From the NCBI GenBank assembly GCA_018829335.1, contig JAHJUD010000009.1, positions 1-59,972 on the forward strand: 59,972 nucleotides of DNA. Reading direction: 5' to 3'. Position 1 is the first letter of the stretch; each line of letters opens with the position of its first letter. The notes below the pieces were generated by a model that was not told the origin of the DNA, searched no databases, and saw only the letters and a program-made list of their open reading frames with translations. Shown piece after piece: positions 28,248-36,460 of the stretch. This DNA comes from Candidatus Micrarchaeota archaeon. Its GTDB lineage: Archaea > Iainarchaeota > Iainarchaeia > Iainarchaeales > 1-14-0-10-31-34. A program made the position numbers and the translations under genes.

Positions 28248-30347
28248 TCAGCTCCACAAATCATCTTCTCTTCCTTTTTTTTTCTCTGTTCTTTTTTTTG
28301 GTTTAGTTTCTTTTTCCGGCAACTTTTTTCCAGAAAGCTCTTTTTCAGGGAATTCTGTTTTCTCTTCTTTTTTTTTCACTGAAAAAAGCCCTGGCATTTC
28401 CTCTTCTTCGAAAGAATTTTTTTCTCCTGAAATCTTAAACATTGAAGCAGTTTCAACATCATCAAAAGAAACCTTTTTTTCTCCAAAAACCTCTTCTTCG
28501 TCTACTTCAATTCCTTTTTCTTCTGAAGCCTTTTTGAATGCATCAATCGCAGAATCAATGTCTCTTAATTCAGAACTATACTTTGAAAGCAAAGAATAAT
28601 ATTGTTCACTGCTCATTGCACCTAAATTAAAGTATTTTTCCTGCAAATCTCCTTTAAGCCTTTCAAGCTCTTTTTTTCTTTTTGCCAAAGAATTAAGCGT
28701 ATTCAGCCTTTTCCTTACAACAATAATCACAATAATAATAAAAATAAAGGCAAAAATCACTGAAAGAAAAAGCAAAGGGTTTTCCCTGAAATAATACTCT
28801 AAAGTAAGCTCTCCTGTAACTTCAAACAATCTATCAAAATAAACTTTGTTTCCAAAAGCGTCTGTTGCCTGAACCTCTAAAAGAAGCTGTCTTGCCTCAG
28901 ACAAATCCTCGTTTTTCACAACATAAGAAAAATAAAATACTCCAGGTTCTTTTTCATTGCTTGAAATTTCTTTATTGTTTATTTTAACTGAAATCTTGGG
29001 CTTGCTTAAAGCATTTCCATTTTCATAATTCAGTTTAAGCCTGAAATTCAGTTCTTCTCCTAAAGCAGCAGTCTGTTTTTGCGGTTCAACCAAAACAGCA
29101 TTAATTTTTGCTTCATCTACAGTAATTCCCATTTCAGTTGAGCCGCCATATTTCACTGAACCAATTGTTTTTTTTGCATTAACAAGAATTTTTTGTTCTC
29201 CTAAAGGGAAATCAAAAGGCAGAGAATAAGACAAAGAATATTTTCCTTTAGAAACCATTTTCAAAGCAACTTCTTTTCCATCAGGAAACAATGCATTGAC
29301 TTCAGCGTCTTCAACCGGAATTTCATCAAAAAGCACGTCAAACAAAATCCTTATTTCTGAACCCCTGCTGTAAAGCTTTTGATAAGAATCAGGCAAAACC
29401 ACATCCATGAAAATTGTTCCTGCTTCCCTGCTTACAACAACAGTTTTTTCAAGCAATCCCTCGTTTTCAAACCCGTCTTTTCCTGAAACAATAAAATGCC
29501 AGTTTCCTTCAGGATAAATTAAGCTGGTTCTCTGATCCAAAGAAAAAAATCCGTTCTTGTCTGATTTAGTTTTTGATTCAAAAACAGCCTGGTTTTTGTT
29601 TAAAGCAGTAATCGTAATAACAGTTGAAACAGGATTTCCCCTTTTAAGCAAGAATCCCTCAAAATGAATTATGTCGCCTAATACAAAATTGTTTTTGTCA
29701 ATTAAAAAATCAAGTGAAAGCTCAGGGTTTATTTCAACAATAAAATTGTGTGTTTTGCTTACACCCAACTTTTCAGCTGAAATCTCTGAAGCATAATTGT
29801 TTTTAGAGGTAAGTTCAGAGACAAGAAAACTTACAGCATAAATTCCGTCATTTGCTTTTTCGTCTGAATGATTGCCATCATCATACATTGGAATATCTCC
29901 TGCAAAAGTTTTGACTCTTACATTAGCCTGTTTTGCAATAACCCCGTCAGCTTTTATTTTAGCCTTAAAAGTTATTTGATCCCCTCTCAAAAAAACGTTT
30001 TCATCTAAAGGCGAAAGCAATTCAATGGTTAATTCAGTTGGCGCACAATCTGCATCACAATTAGAAAAATCTTCTCCTGACTCACAAATATGGTTTCCGC
30101 AACAATAATACTTTATCTGTGCCCTGCACAAGCCAGTCAGACAGCTGTATTCCTGGCATAAAGCATTTGGCACATTGCCAGAGCATTCACCGCAATCAGA
30201 AGCACAAGTGCATTTGTCTTCTCCTGAATCACAAATGCCGTCATTGTCGCATAATGCAAAATTCAGTTGATTCCATTGTTCAGCCAAAGAAAAAGGCACA
30301 AAACACACAAAAAAAATTAACAAAACCAAAAACAATTTTTTAATCAT
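28248..30347 (-). CDS. Secreted single-pass membrane protein: Cys-rich N-domain, Ig-like repeats, conserved cytoplasmic tail, K/E-rich C-terminus
   Basis: 699 aa. Signal peptide. Duplicated GIC(D/E)SGED..C..DC motif (aa 33-101). TM at aa 524-544, then KRKKELERLKGDLQEKYFN..SSEQY. Confidence 0.75.
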   Translation of the reverse strand: MIKKLFLVLLIFFVCFVPFSLAEQWNQLNFALCDNDGICDSGEDKCTCASDCGECSGNVPNALCQEYSCLTGLCRAQIKYYCCGNHICESGEDFSNCDADCAPTELTIELLSPLDENVFLRGDQITFKAKIKADGVIAKQANVRVKTFAGDIPMYDDGNHSDEKANDGIYAVSFLVSELTSKNNYASEISAEKLGVSKTHNFIVEINPELSLDFLIDKNNFVLGDIIHFEGFLLKRGNPVSTVITITALNKNQAVFESKTKSDKNGFFSLDQRTSLIYPEGNWHFIVSGKDGFENEGLLEKTVVVSREAGTIFMDVVLPDSYQKLYSRGSEIRILFDVLFDEIPVEDAEVNALFPDGKEVALKMVSKGKYSLSYSLPFDFPLGEQKILVNAKKTIGSVKYGGSTEMGITVDEAKINAVLVEPQKQTAALGEELNFRLKLNYENGNALSKPKISVKINNKEISSNEKEPGVFYFSYVVKNEDLSEARQLLLEVQATDAFGNKVYFDRLFEVTGELTLEYYFRENPLLFLSVIFAFIFIIIVIIVVRKRLNTLNSLAKRKKELERLKGDLQEKYFNLGAMSSEQYYSLLSKYSSELRDIDSAIDAFKKASEEKGIEVDEEEVFGEKKVSFDDVETASMFKISGEKNSFEEEEMPGLFSVKKKEEKTEFPEKELSGKKLPEKETKPKKRTEKKKGREDDLWS

Positions 30348-30353
30348 GCAATT

Positions 30354-31205
30354 TCACCACAAAATATCGTCTTGTTTCTTCTGAATCTTGATTTTTTCAA
30401 GCTTTATTCCTTTAGAGGTAATTGAATAAGGAACTAAATTCTTTGAATGGTCACAGCATCTCATTTTCAGTATTTCCATTGCCCTTTTCCTTGAATTGCC
30501 TATTTTTACATTATAAAGCACTATTACCCCGTCTCCAAGAAATTCTTCTATTCCTGTCCTGGAATAAATTCCAGGGTCTTGTTCTGTTTCGGAAATAATG
30601 TAATTCACTGAATCATACTGGTTTAATGAATCAAACATATGCTTGATATAATAACGGTAATTTTCTGAATTTCCCATAAAAGCAACATTTAATGCAGACA
30701 AAGAATCAACTGCAATCTTGTCTGGAACAAAAGGCAGTTCTAATTGTTCAACCTGAACCAATAAAGCCCTTCTCTGTTTCATTAAAGAAGCTTCAACGCT
30801 TCTTGCAATCTTAAAAGGATTAATTTTCAGCATTGCAAAGCTTTCTTCTTTTTCAAATCTTTCTAAATCCCAGCCATAATTGTTTTTCATATGCCTTTTC
30901 AGCTTTTCAGCTGACTCTTCAAACAAAATATAAACAGCTTTTTCGCCCTGCAATAAGCCATGATAAATTGACTGCAGGCAGAAAGTGCTTTTACCTGTTC
31001 CGCATCCGCCTGAAACCAGAATAGTAGAGCCTCTTTCAATTCCATGGGCTGCCAGATTCTCATCAAAAGAGTCAACCCTTACAGGCAGAAACTCCATTTT
31101 TTCTTTTTTCCTTAATTTCCTGTCCTTCATATCCTCTAATTCTTCTTCTTCAATGCTTCCAGGCTCAATCTCTTCTTTTCCTGCAAACTTAATTCCAAAC
31201 GGCAT
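30354..31205 (-). CDS. KaiC-like / RecA-superfamily ATPase (single domain)
   Basis: 283 aa. Walker A ILVSGGCGTGKST, FCLQSIYHGLLQGEKAVYILFEES, and Walker B-like KIAVDSLSAL. Acidic N-terminal extension of about 45 aa. First gene of the operon. Confidence 0.8.
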   Translation of the reverse strand: MPFGIKFAGKEEIEPGSIEEEELEDMKDRKLRKKEKMEFLPVRVDSFDENLAAHGIERGSTILVSGGCGTGKSTFCLQSIYHGLLQGEKAVYILFEESAEKLKRHMKNNYGWDLERFEKEESFAMLKINPFKIARSVEASLMKQRRALLVQVEQLELPFVPDKIAVDSLSALNVAFMGNSENYRYYIKHMFDSLNQYDSVNYIISETEQDPGIYSRTGIEEFLGDGVIVLYNVKIGNSRKRAMEILKMRCCDHSKNLVPYSITSKGIKLEKIKIQKKQDDILW

Positions 31206-31235
31206 TTTTACACCTTTACATAGGATTTCACATTA

Positions 31236-31249
31236 ACTTATATAAAAAG
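31236..31249 (-). promoter_or_regulatory. TATA-like box for the KaiC-like operon
   Basis: The minus strand reads ctttttatataagt, centred about 38 nt upstream of the ATG at 31205, inside a 133-nt divergent spacer. Confidence 0.4.
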
Positions 31250-31338
31250 CTTTCCTTTTGGAATACAAAAAATATATAATTATTATATACTCAGTTAAAA
31301 CCAAATAATATTAATTGATTGCAGATTATATTTTTTGA

Positions 31339-31839
31339 ATGTCTGGAGTTCGCAGTAATCCTTCTTTACGCCCAAAAATTAACAGCCTTACACGTTCTCT
31401 TCAAAGAAAAGGGTTTTTTGTTAAAAAACCTTTAAGTTCTTCTAAAGCCCAAGCAATAAAAATTCTTTTAATGGTTTATCCTGGAATCCCTAATAAAATG
31501 ATTAAATCAAAACTTGAAGAATTTGGAATAAGAGATATACCTGCAGGGCAGGTCAGGCTTGAAAGATTCAGGTTAATAAGAAAAGGAAAAATTTTTGTAG
31601 GCAAACACAGCAAATTTAACACTCTTGAAGCAAGAATAAGAAAAGAATTAATTAAAAGCAAAGGAACAAAAACTTTTGCTGAAATTGCAAGAGAAACTAA
31701 TGCGAGCAGAGGTCATGTAATGGATGTAAAGACAAAAATGAAAAAAGAAAGCAAAGAACTTGAAAAACAAGGCCTGAAAGGATTTGATGTAAAGTTAAGG
31801 GACGAAAGAAAAGACTTTAAAGGAAAAAGCAGTAAATAA
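31339..31839 (+). CDS. Basic hypothetical protein with HTH-like segment
   Basis: 166 aa and very basic. TFAEIARETNASRGHVMDVKTKM resembles a helix-turn-helix. No family recognised. Confidence 0.45.
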   Translation: MSGVRSNPSLRPKINSLTRSLQRKGFFVKKPLSSSKAQAIKILLMVYPGIPNKMIKSKLEEFGIRDIPAGQVRLERFRLIRKGKIFVGKHSKFNTLEARIRKELIKSKGTKTFAEIARETNASRGHVMDVKTKMKKESKELEKQGLKGFDVKLRDERKDFKGKSSK

Positions 31840-31844
31840 AAAAA

Positions 31845-32354
31845 TTATGCTGCAGCTTTTGTGTTATTTTCATTGGCTAAAATTTCTTCTCTTGAAATCC
31901 TTAGTCTTCCAATTCGTACTTTTCCTATTCCAAATCCTTTGTAATTAGAACCTGTTATTCTTCCTTTTTTGTCAATAAAAATATACTTGTGCTTCAGCAC
32001 ATAATCCCTGAAATTAGAATCATTTTTTGACTGATTGTGTAAATCGCCAATTAAATCCCTGGTTGCCTTTCTGACTTCTTTAGAAGCACTTTTGTACAGG
32101 CCAGCAACCCCTAACGCAATAGCTGAAGTACCAATCAGCGAAACTAAATCAGGATTCACAGCAACAAGAATGCCTGAAAGAGAACCAACCCCTGCAGCTG
32201 TGCCAGTAACTTTAGCCCTATATCTTCTCTCATCCTTTATTTTTACTATTCGTTTAGCTGTTTCTCTGCTAATGCCTCCCTTGTATCTTTCCCTTTTCTT
32301 AAAAGGATTCCATCTCTTTTTTGGTTTACTCAAACTAGCAGGTTTTTTAGGCAT
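31845..32354 (-). CDS. Basic hypothetical protein with Gly/Ala-rich hydrophobic core
   Basis: ATG at 32354 (MPKKPASLSKPKK); the track start at 32402 is TTG. ttttatatatg lies about 30 nt upstream. 169 aa. Confidence 0.45.
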   Translation of the reverse strand: MPKKPASLSKPKKRWNPFKKRERYKGGISRETAKRIVKIKDERRYRAKVTGTAAGVGSLSGILVAVNPDLVSLIGTSAIALGVAGLYKSASKEVRKATRDLIGDLHNQSKNDSNFRDYVLKHKYIFIDKKGRITGSNYKGFGIGKVRIGRLRISREEILANENNTKAAA

Positions 32355-32637
32355 AAAATATTTTACAACTCCAACATATATAAAACTATAGGTTAAAATC
32401 AAAGAAAAAACAGCAGAACATACAAAAGCATGGTGTAAGCAATAATCACCCTAAATCGTTTATGTATAAGAAAAGGCATGAGTACAACAAAAAACCCAAA
32501 CAAAAATAATGCCTGCTTGTCCATCTATTTTTTTAGCTGCGAATTTTTTTTAAATATTCTGCTGGCAGCCTTCAGCAACTGAATAATTTAGCAAATTAAC
32601 CCAAAACATTTAAATTGTTTAATGGCTAATAGTATTT

Positions 32638-32775
32638 TATGCAGGAAACTATTACTATCCCAAAAAAAGAATATGTTCGCCTTAAAAGGCAGGGTAACAT
32701 AGACATGGAATTTTTAAGGGAATTAGTCCAAAGCCTTTTTGACATTAAGTCTGGCAAAGTTAAACAGGTTCGCTG
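32638..32775 (+). CDS. Small ORF (45 aa), antitoxin-like candidate
   Basis: Hand translation gives MQETITIPKKEYVRLKRQGNIDMEFLRELVQSLFDIKSGKVKQVR*. Below the ORF-track cutoff. Ends 1 nt before the stop codon (3' end) of the convergent RelE-like ORF. Confidence 0.3.
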
Positions 32776-32776
32776 A

Positions 32777-32992
32777 TTATTCCATTATTTTTTCTATTTC
32801 TTTTTTGTATGCGTCCAGTAAAAGCATTATTGAATTAATTATTTTTTGCTGTTCTTTTTTGTTGCTTAAATTCACCACATAAACGCTTTGAATGTTTTCA
32901 TAAATTAAGTAATAAATTCTGTATTTCTTGAATTTTTTTTCCCTAAACCATTTTACGCTTAAAGGTTTTCCTACAAAAGGGTTTTCTGCCAT
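32777..32992 (-). CDS. RelE/ParE-superfamily toxin-like protein, N-terminally truncated
   Basis: NPFVGKPLSVKWFREKKFKKYRIYYLIYENIQSVYVVNLSNKKEQ matches the C-terminal core (nP.GkpL...yRi.Y.i.e..v.v....K). The usual N-terminal helical part of about 30 aa is absent, and stop codons lie upstream. Confidence 0.5.
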   Translation of the reverse strand: MAENPFVGKPLSVKWFREKKFKKYRIYYLIYENIQSVYVVNLSNKKEQQKIINSIMLLLDAYKKEIEKIME

Positions 32993-33051
32993 AAACTAAA
33001 ACTAGTTATTAAACAATTCCTCTTATTAAATTTGCTTTGCCTAGTTTTTGA

Positions 33052-34209
33052 ATGGACATAGAAAAAGTCAAAGTTGACGGAAAAGAAATAATCCTTGTAG
33101 GAACTGCCCATATTTCTGATAAAAGTGTTGACTTAGTAAAAGAAACAATTGAAAAAGAAAAACCTGATTCAGTTGGAATTGAACTGGATTATGCAAGATT
33201 CAAACAGCTTGAATCAGGAAACAAATGGCAGGAAACAAATGTTTCGCATATAGTTAAAACAGGCAAAACATACCTTTTCTTGATTAATTTAATGCTTTCA
33301 AACATGCAGAGAAAATTAGGCAAAGAACTTGGAATAAAGCCTGGCGCAGAAATGCTTGAAGCATTTAATATAGCAAAAGAAAAAGGACTGGTAGTTGAAC
33401 TGCTTGACAGGGATGTTCAGGTAACTTTGAAAAGGGCTTTAGCTTTTACCGGCTTAAAAGAAAAAATCAAAATATTAATGCATATTGTTTCAGGTTTTTT
33501 TTCTGAACAAGAACAATTAACAAAAGAAAAAGTTGAATCATTAAAACAAAAAGATGTAATGACTGAATTAATGAATGAACTTGCAAGAACTGCCCCTACA
33601 ATAAAAAAAGTCCTTGTAGATGAAAGAGACTTGTATATTGCCAACAGGATTCTTGAATCTAAATCAAAAAAAATTGTTGCGGTAGTCGGAGCAGGACATT
33701 TGGAAGGAATAAAAACTGCGTTAATGAAAGAAAGAATTGATTTAAGGCCTTTAAAGATTGTGCCAAAAAAGAAATCAATTTTAGGAACTGTATTAAAATA
33801 TTCTATTCCTGCAGTTTTTATTGTTTTTTTGGTTTATGCTTTTTACAATAAAGGCGTTAATGCTTCAATTGAATTAATTTTTTTGTGGTTTATTATTACA
33901 GGAGTTTTTTCTGCTTTAGGCGCATTACTTGCAAGAGCTCATCCGGTTTCAATTATTGTTGCATTTCTTGCAGCGCCTTTTACTACTTTGCATCCTGCTT
34001 TGGCTGCAGGATGGTTTGCCGGCGCAGCAGAAATCAAATTTAATTCCCCTAAAGTAAAAGACTTTGAAAATTTGAATCAATTGGATTCAGTTGGAAGCTT
34101 TTATTCAAATAAAGTCACAAAAATTCTTTTGGTTACTGCTTTCACAAACATTGGCGCAACAATCGGAGTAATAATTGCCCTGCCTTATATTTTGAGTATT
34201 TTAGCATAA
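33052..34209 (+). CDS. TraB/PrgY/GumN-family protein with C-terminal membrane domain
   Basis: ILVGTAHISDKSVDLV, DSVGIELD, DRDVQVTL and VVGAGHLEGI motifs. Four C-terminal hydrophobic helices. Confidence 0.8.
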   Translation: MDIEKVKVDGKEIILVGTAHISDKSVDLVKETIEKEKPDSVGIELDYARFKQLESGNKWQETNVSHIVKTGKTYLFLINLMLSNMQRKLGKELGIKPGAEMLEAFNIAKEKGLVVELLDRDVQVTLKRALAFTGLKEKIKILMHIVSGFFSEQEQLTKEKVESLKQKDVMTELMNELARTAPTIKKVLVDERDLYIANRILESKSKKIVAVVGAGHLEGIKTALMKERIDLRPLKIVPKKKSILGTVLKYSIPAVFIVFLVYAFYNKGVNASIELIFLWFIITGVFSALGALLARAHPVSIIVAFLAAPFTTLHPALAAGWFAGAAEIKFNSPKVKDFENLNQLDSVGSFYSNKVTKILLVTAFTNIGATIGVIIALPYILSILA

Positions 34210-34217
34210 AAAAAGAA

Positions 34218-34559
34218 TTACTTTTTTTTCTTTATTTTGTAACTTTGTCTTCTTTGTTTTTTACGTTCGTCAGGAACTGCTTTTGGCAAATTTGTTATGC
34301 TATTAATTCTCGGATAACCCAATCCTGCAGGAACTTCATGCCCCATTAAAAAATCCCATGTATTAACATGTAGCCAAGGGGCTTTTTTTTCCTTCCTTCT
34401 TGTTCTATGTCTTCTTTCTGGAAGGATTTGTCCTGTATCAAAATAATAAACATCTTTTCCTTGTTTTCCTGAAGTTACTGTGTAAAGCCTTTTTTTGGGT
34501 TTTTTTAGAGCAGGTTTCTTTAGAACATGCTTTTTTGGATTCGGTTTTCTTGCAGGCAT
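34218..34559 (-). CDS. Basic hypothetical protein
   Basis: ATG at 34559 (MPARKPNPKK); the track start is TTG. 113 aa and Lys/Arg-rich. No family recognised. Confidence 0.4.
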   Translation of the reverse strand: MPARKPNPKKHVLKKPALKKPKKRLYTVTSGKQGKDVYYFDTGQILPERRHRTRRKEKKAPWLHVNTWDFLMGHEVPAGLGYPRINSITNLPKAVPDERKKQRRQSYKIKKKK

Positions 34560-34593
34560 ACAAGCATTACGCAATACACTTATTTATTTCTTT

Positions 34594-35703
34594 CTAGAGT
34601 TTACCGCATTTCCTGCACTGGTCTTTTACTCTTTCCACTGCAATTTCTCTTGCAACATGCCTTGGATATTCTTCCTGTTCTTTTGCCTGCTTCAAAACCA
34701 ACTCAGTATTTTTTTCTATTTTTTCTTTTACTAGCTCAAACATTTCTTTTTCTGTTCCGCCAAGGTATTCAACATAAGAAGAAATTACTCCTCCGGCGTT
34801 TGCAACAAAATCCGGAATAACCCAAGTTCCTTTTTCGTGCAGTCTTCTTTCAATATGGTTTCTCATAGGAATATTGCTTCCTTCAACAATCAGTTTAGCC
34901 TGAACTTTTTCTACATTAGAAGAATTAATTACATTTGGTATTGCGGCAGTAATTATTACATCTACTGGCAGTTCAAATAATTCTTTATCGTAAAGTTTTT
35001 GTGCGTCAGGATACTTGAATGGCGTTCCCTTTTCTTTTGTTACCTTTACAAGCCTTTCATAATCTAATCCTTCAGGATTATAGATTGTGCCGTTAATGTC
35101 TGAAACTGCATGAACTGTTGCGCCTTCTTCATGCAAAAATTTTGCAACAAAAGAACCAACATTTCCAAATCCTTCAATTGCAATTTTTGCTGTCTTTAAA
35201 TCAATTCCTGCATATTCTGCTCCAATTTTTGCTGCAAGAAAAACACCATATCCTGTAGAGCCTAATTCATGTGGAAGCCCTCCTAATTCTTTTGGTTTTC
35301 CTGTAACAGACTTCATATTTGAGTTTGTTTCAGCATAAATTCTCATTTCTTTTTCGCCCATGTTAATGTCTGGTGCCGCAACATACTCGTTTGGTGAAAC
35401 GCATTTTAATGCTTCAGCAAAAGCTTTTACAATATCTTCTTTTGCTTTAGGAGTAATTTTTCTTGGATCAGCAACAATTCCGGATTTTGCTCCCCCAAAA
35501 GGCAGTTCAGCCAAAGAATTCTTTAAAGTCATTGCCCTTGCAAGATTTTGGACTTCTTCTACTGTAACAGTTGGAGTCATTCTTATTCCGCCTTTGCCTG
35601 GCCCAAAAGCCGTGTTGTCAATTACAACAAAGCCTTTCATGCCATGTTTTGCATGATAAACTTCAACAACTTTTTCCGGACCAATTTCATCGTATTCTAA
35701 CAT
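34594..35703 (-). CDS. Glutamate dehydrogenase (short Glu/Leu/Phe/Val dehydrogenase family member)
   Basis: GPGKGGIRM catalytic-Lys motif, PFGGAKSGI, and dinucleotide fold IEGFGNVGSFVAKFL. 369 aa. Confidence 0.85.
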   Translation of the reverse strand: MLEYDEIGPEKVVEVYHAKHGMKGFVVIDNTAFGPGKGGIRMTPTVTVEEVQNLARAMTLKNSLAELPFGGAKSGIVADPRKITPKAKEDIVKAFAEALKCVSPNEYVAAPDINMGEKEMRIYAETNSNMKSVTGKPKELGGLPHELGSTGYGVFLAAKIGAEYAGIDLKTAKIAIEGFGNVGSFVAKFLHEEGATVHAVSDINGTIYNPEGLDYERLVKVTKEKGTPFKYPDAQKLYDKELFELPVDVIITAAIPNVINSSNVEKVQAKLIVEGSNIPMRNHIERRLHEKGTWVIPDFVANAGGVISSYVEYLGGTEKEMFELVKEKIEKNTELVLKQAKEQEEYPRHVAREIAVERVKDQCRKCGKL

Positions 35704-35799
35704 AAAAAAACTACCCCCAAAAATTCATAAAAATTATGAAAACTAAAAAAACAAGGAACAAAAAGATTTAAAAAACAGTTTCCCTGAATCTCCTGCCTG

Positions 35800-36426
35800 T
35801 TATTTTAATATTTTGCCTGTTTTCATATACCATAAAAACAGGTCGAGTTCTCCTTGCAATAAATTTAATTTTTTTGCAAGCTTTTCAAGTTTTTTTTCTA
35901 ATGTAAAATAGTTTTTTTCATTTAATTTTTGTTTTTTTCCTTTAATCAGGTTGTTTTCAACGCATAAATTAAACACGTGCTTGTCTATTATTGCATAATT
36001 TAAGTTGCCTGTATTCCTCAGAAAATGGCTTGCTTCTTTTAACCCAAATCCTTTAATGTTTTTTACAAGGAAATTCCTTTTCTCTTTTTTAGGCATTGAA
36101 TTCATTAATTCTTTTAAGCCGTAAAATTTTCTTGCAGAACAAATAAAGTTTGCCCTGCGGTTGTAGAAACGAGAGCCTGCTTTTTTTAGTTCTAAAGCCA
36201 GATTTTTTTCTGGAAGCAACAAAAACTTTTTTGCACTAACTTTCTTCTGAACCCTTAATCCCATTTCAGCTGAAGTGTTTGCAGTCAGAATGCAGAAACA
36301 TAACTCTGAAAACCATTCTTCTTCTGTTTTTGAATCAAAGTCAAGGAATTCTTTTATGCGTTCTTTTGCTTTAACACCAGTCTCTGATTTCATTAAAGCT
36401 TTTATTTCTGATTCAAGTTTACGCAT
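35800..36426 (-). CDS. ogg: 8-oxoguanine DNA glycosylase/AP lyase, Ogg2 (archaeal-type HhH-GPD)
   Basis: I prefer the ATG at 36426, giving 208 aa. WFSELCFCILTANTSA, FYNRRANFI, and HhH with catalytic Lys (GFGLKEASHFLRNTG), followed by IIDKHV. Confidence 0.8.
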   Translation of the reverse strand: MRKLESEIKALMKSETGVKAKERIKEFLDFDSKTEEEWFSELCFCILTANTSAEMGLRVQKKVSAKKFLLLPEKNLALELKKAGSRFYNRRANFICSARKFYGLKELMNSMPKKEKRNFLVKNIKGFGLKEASHFLRNTGNLNYAIIDKHVFNLCVENNLIKGKKQKLNEKNYFTLEKKLEKLAKKLNLLQGELDLFLWYMKTGKILK

Positions 36427-36460
36427 AATAAAAAAAGAAATGAAAAAGATTAAATAAGCT

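Noticed and set aside
32399-32524. Possible 41-aa hydrophobic micro-ORF (MDKQALFLFGFFVVLMPFLIHKRF...) upstream of the 169-aa basic protein gene
   Set aside because: There is an ATG and a TM-like segment, but no Shine-Dalgarno or TATA support that I could see and no recognisable family. It is too short to call from sequence alone.
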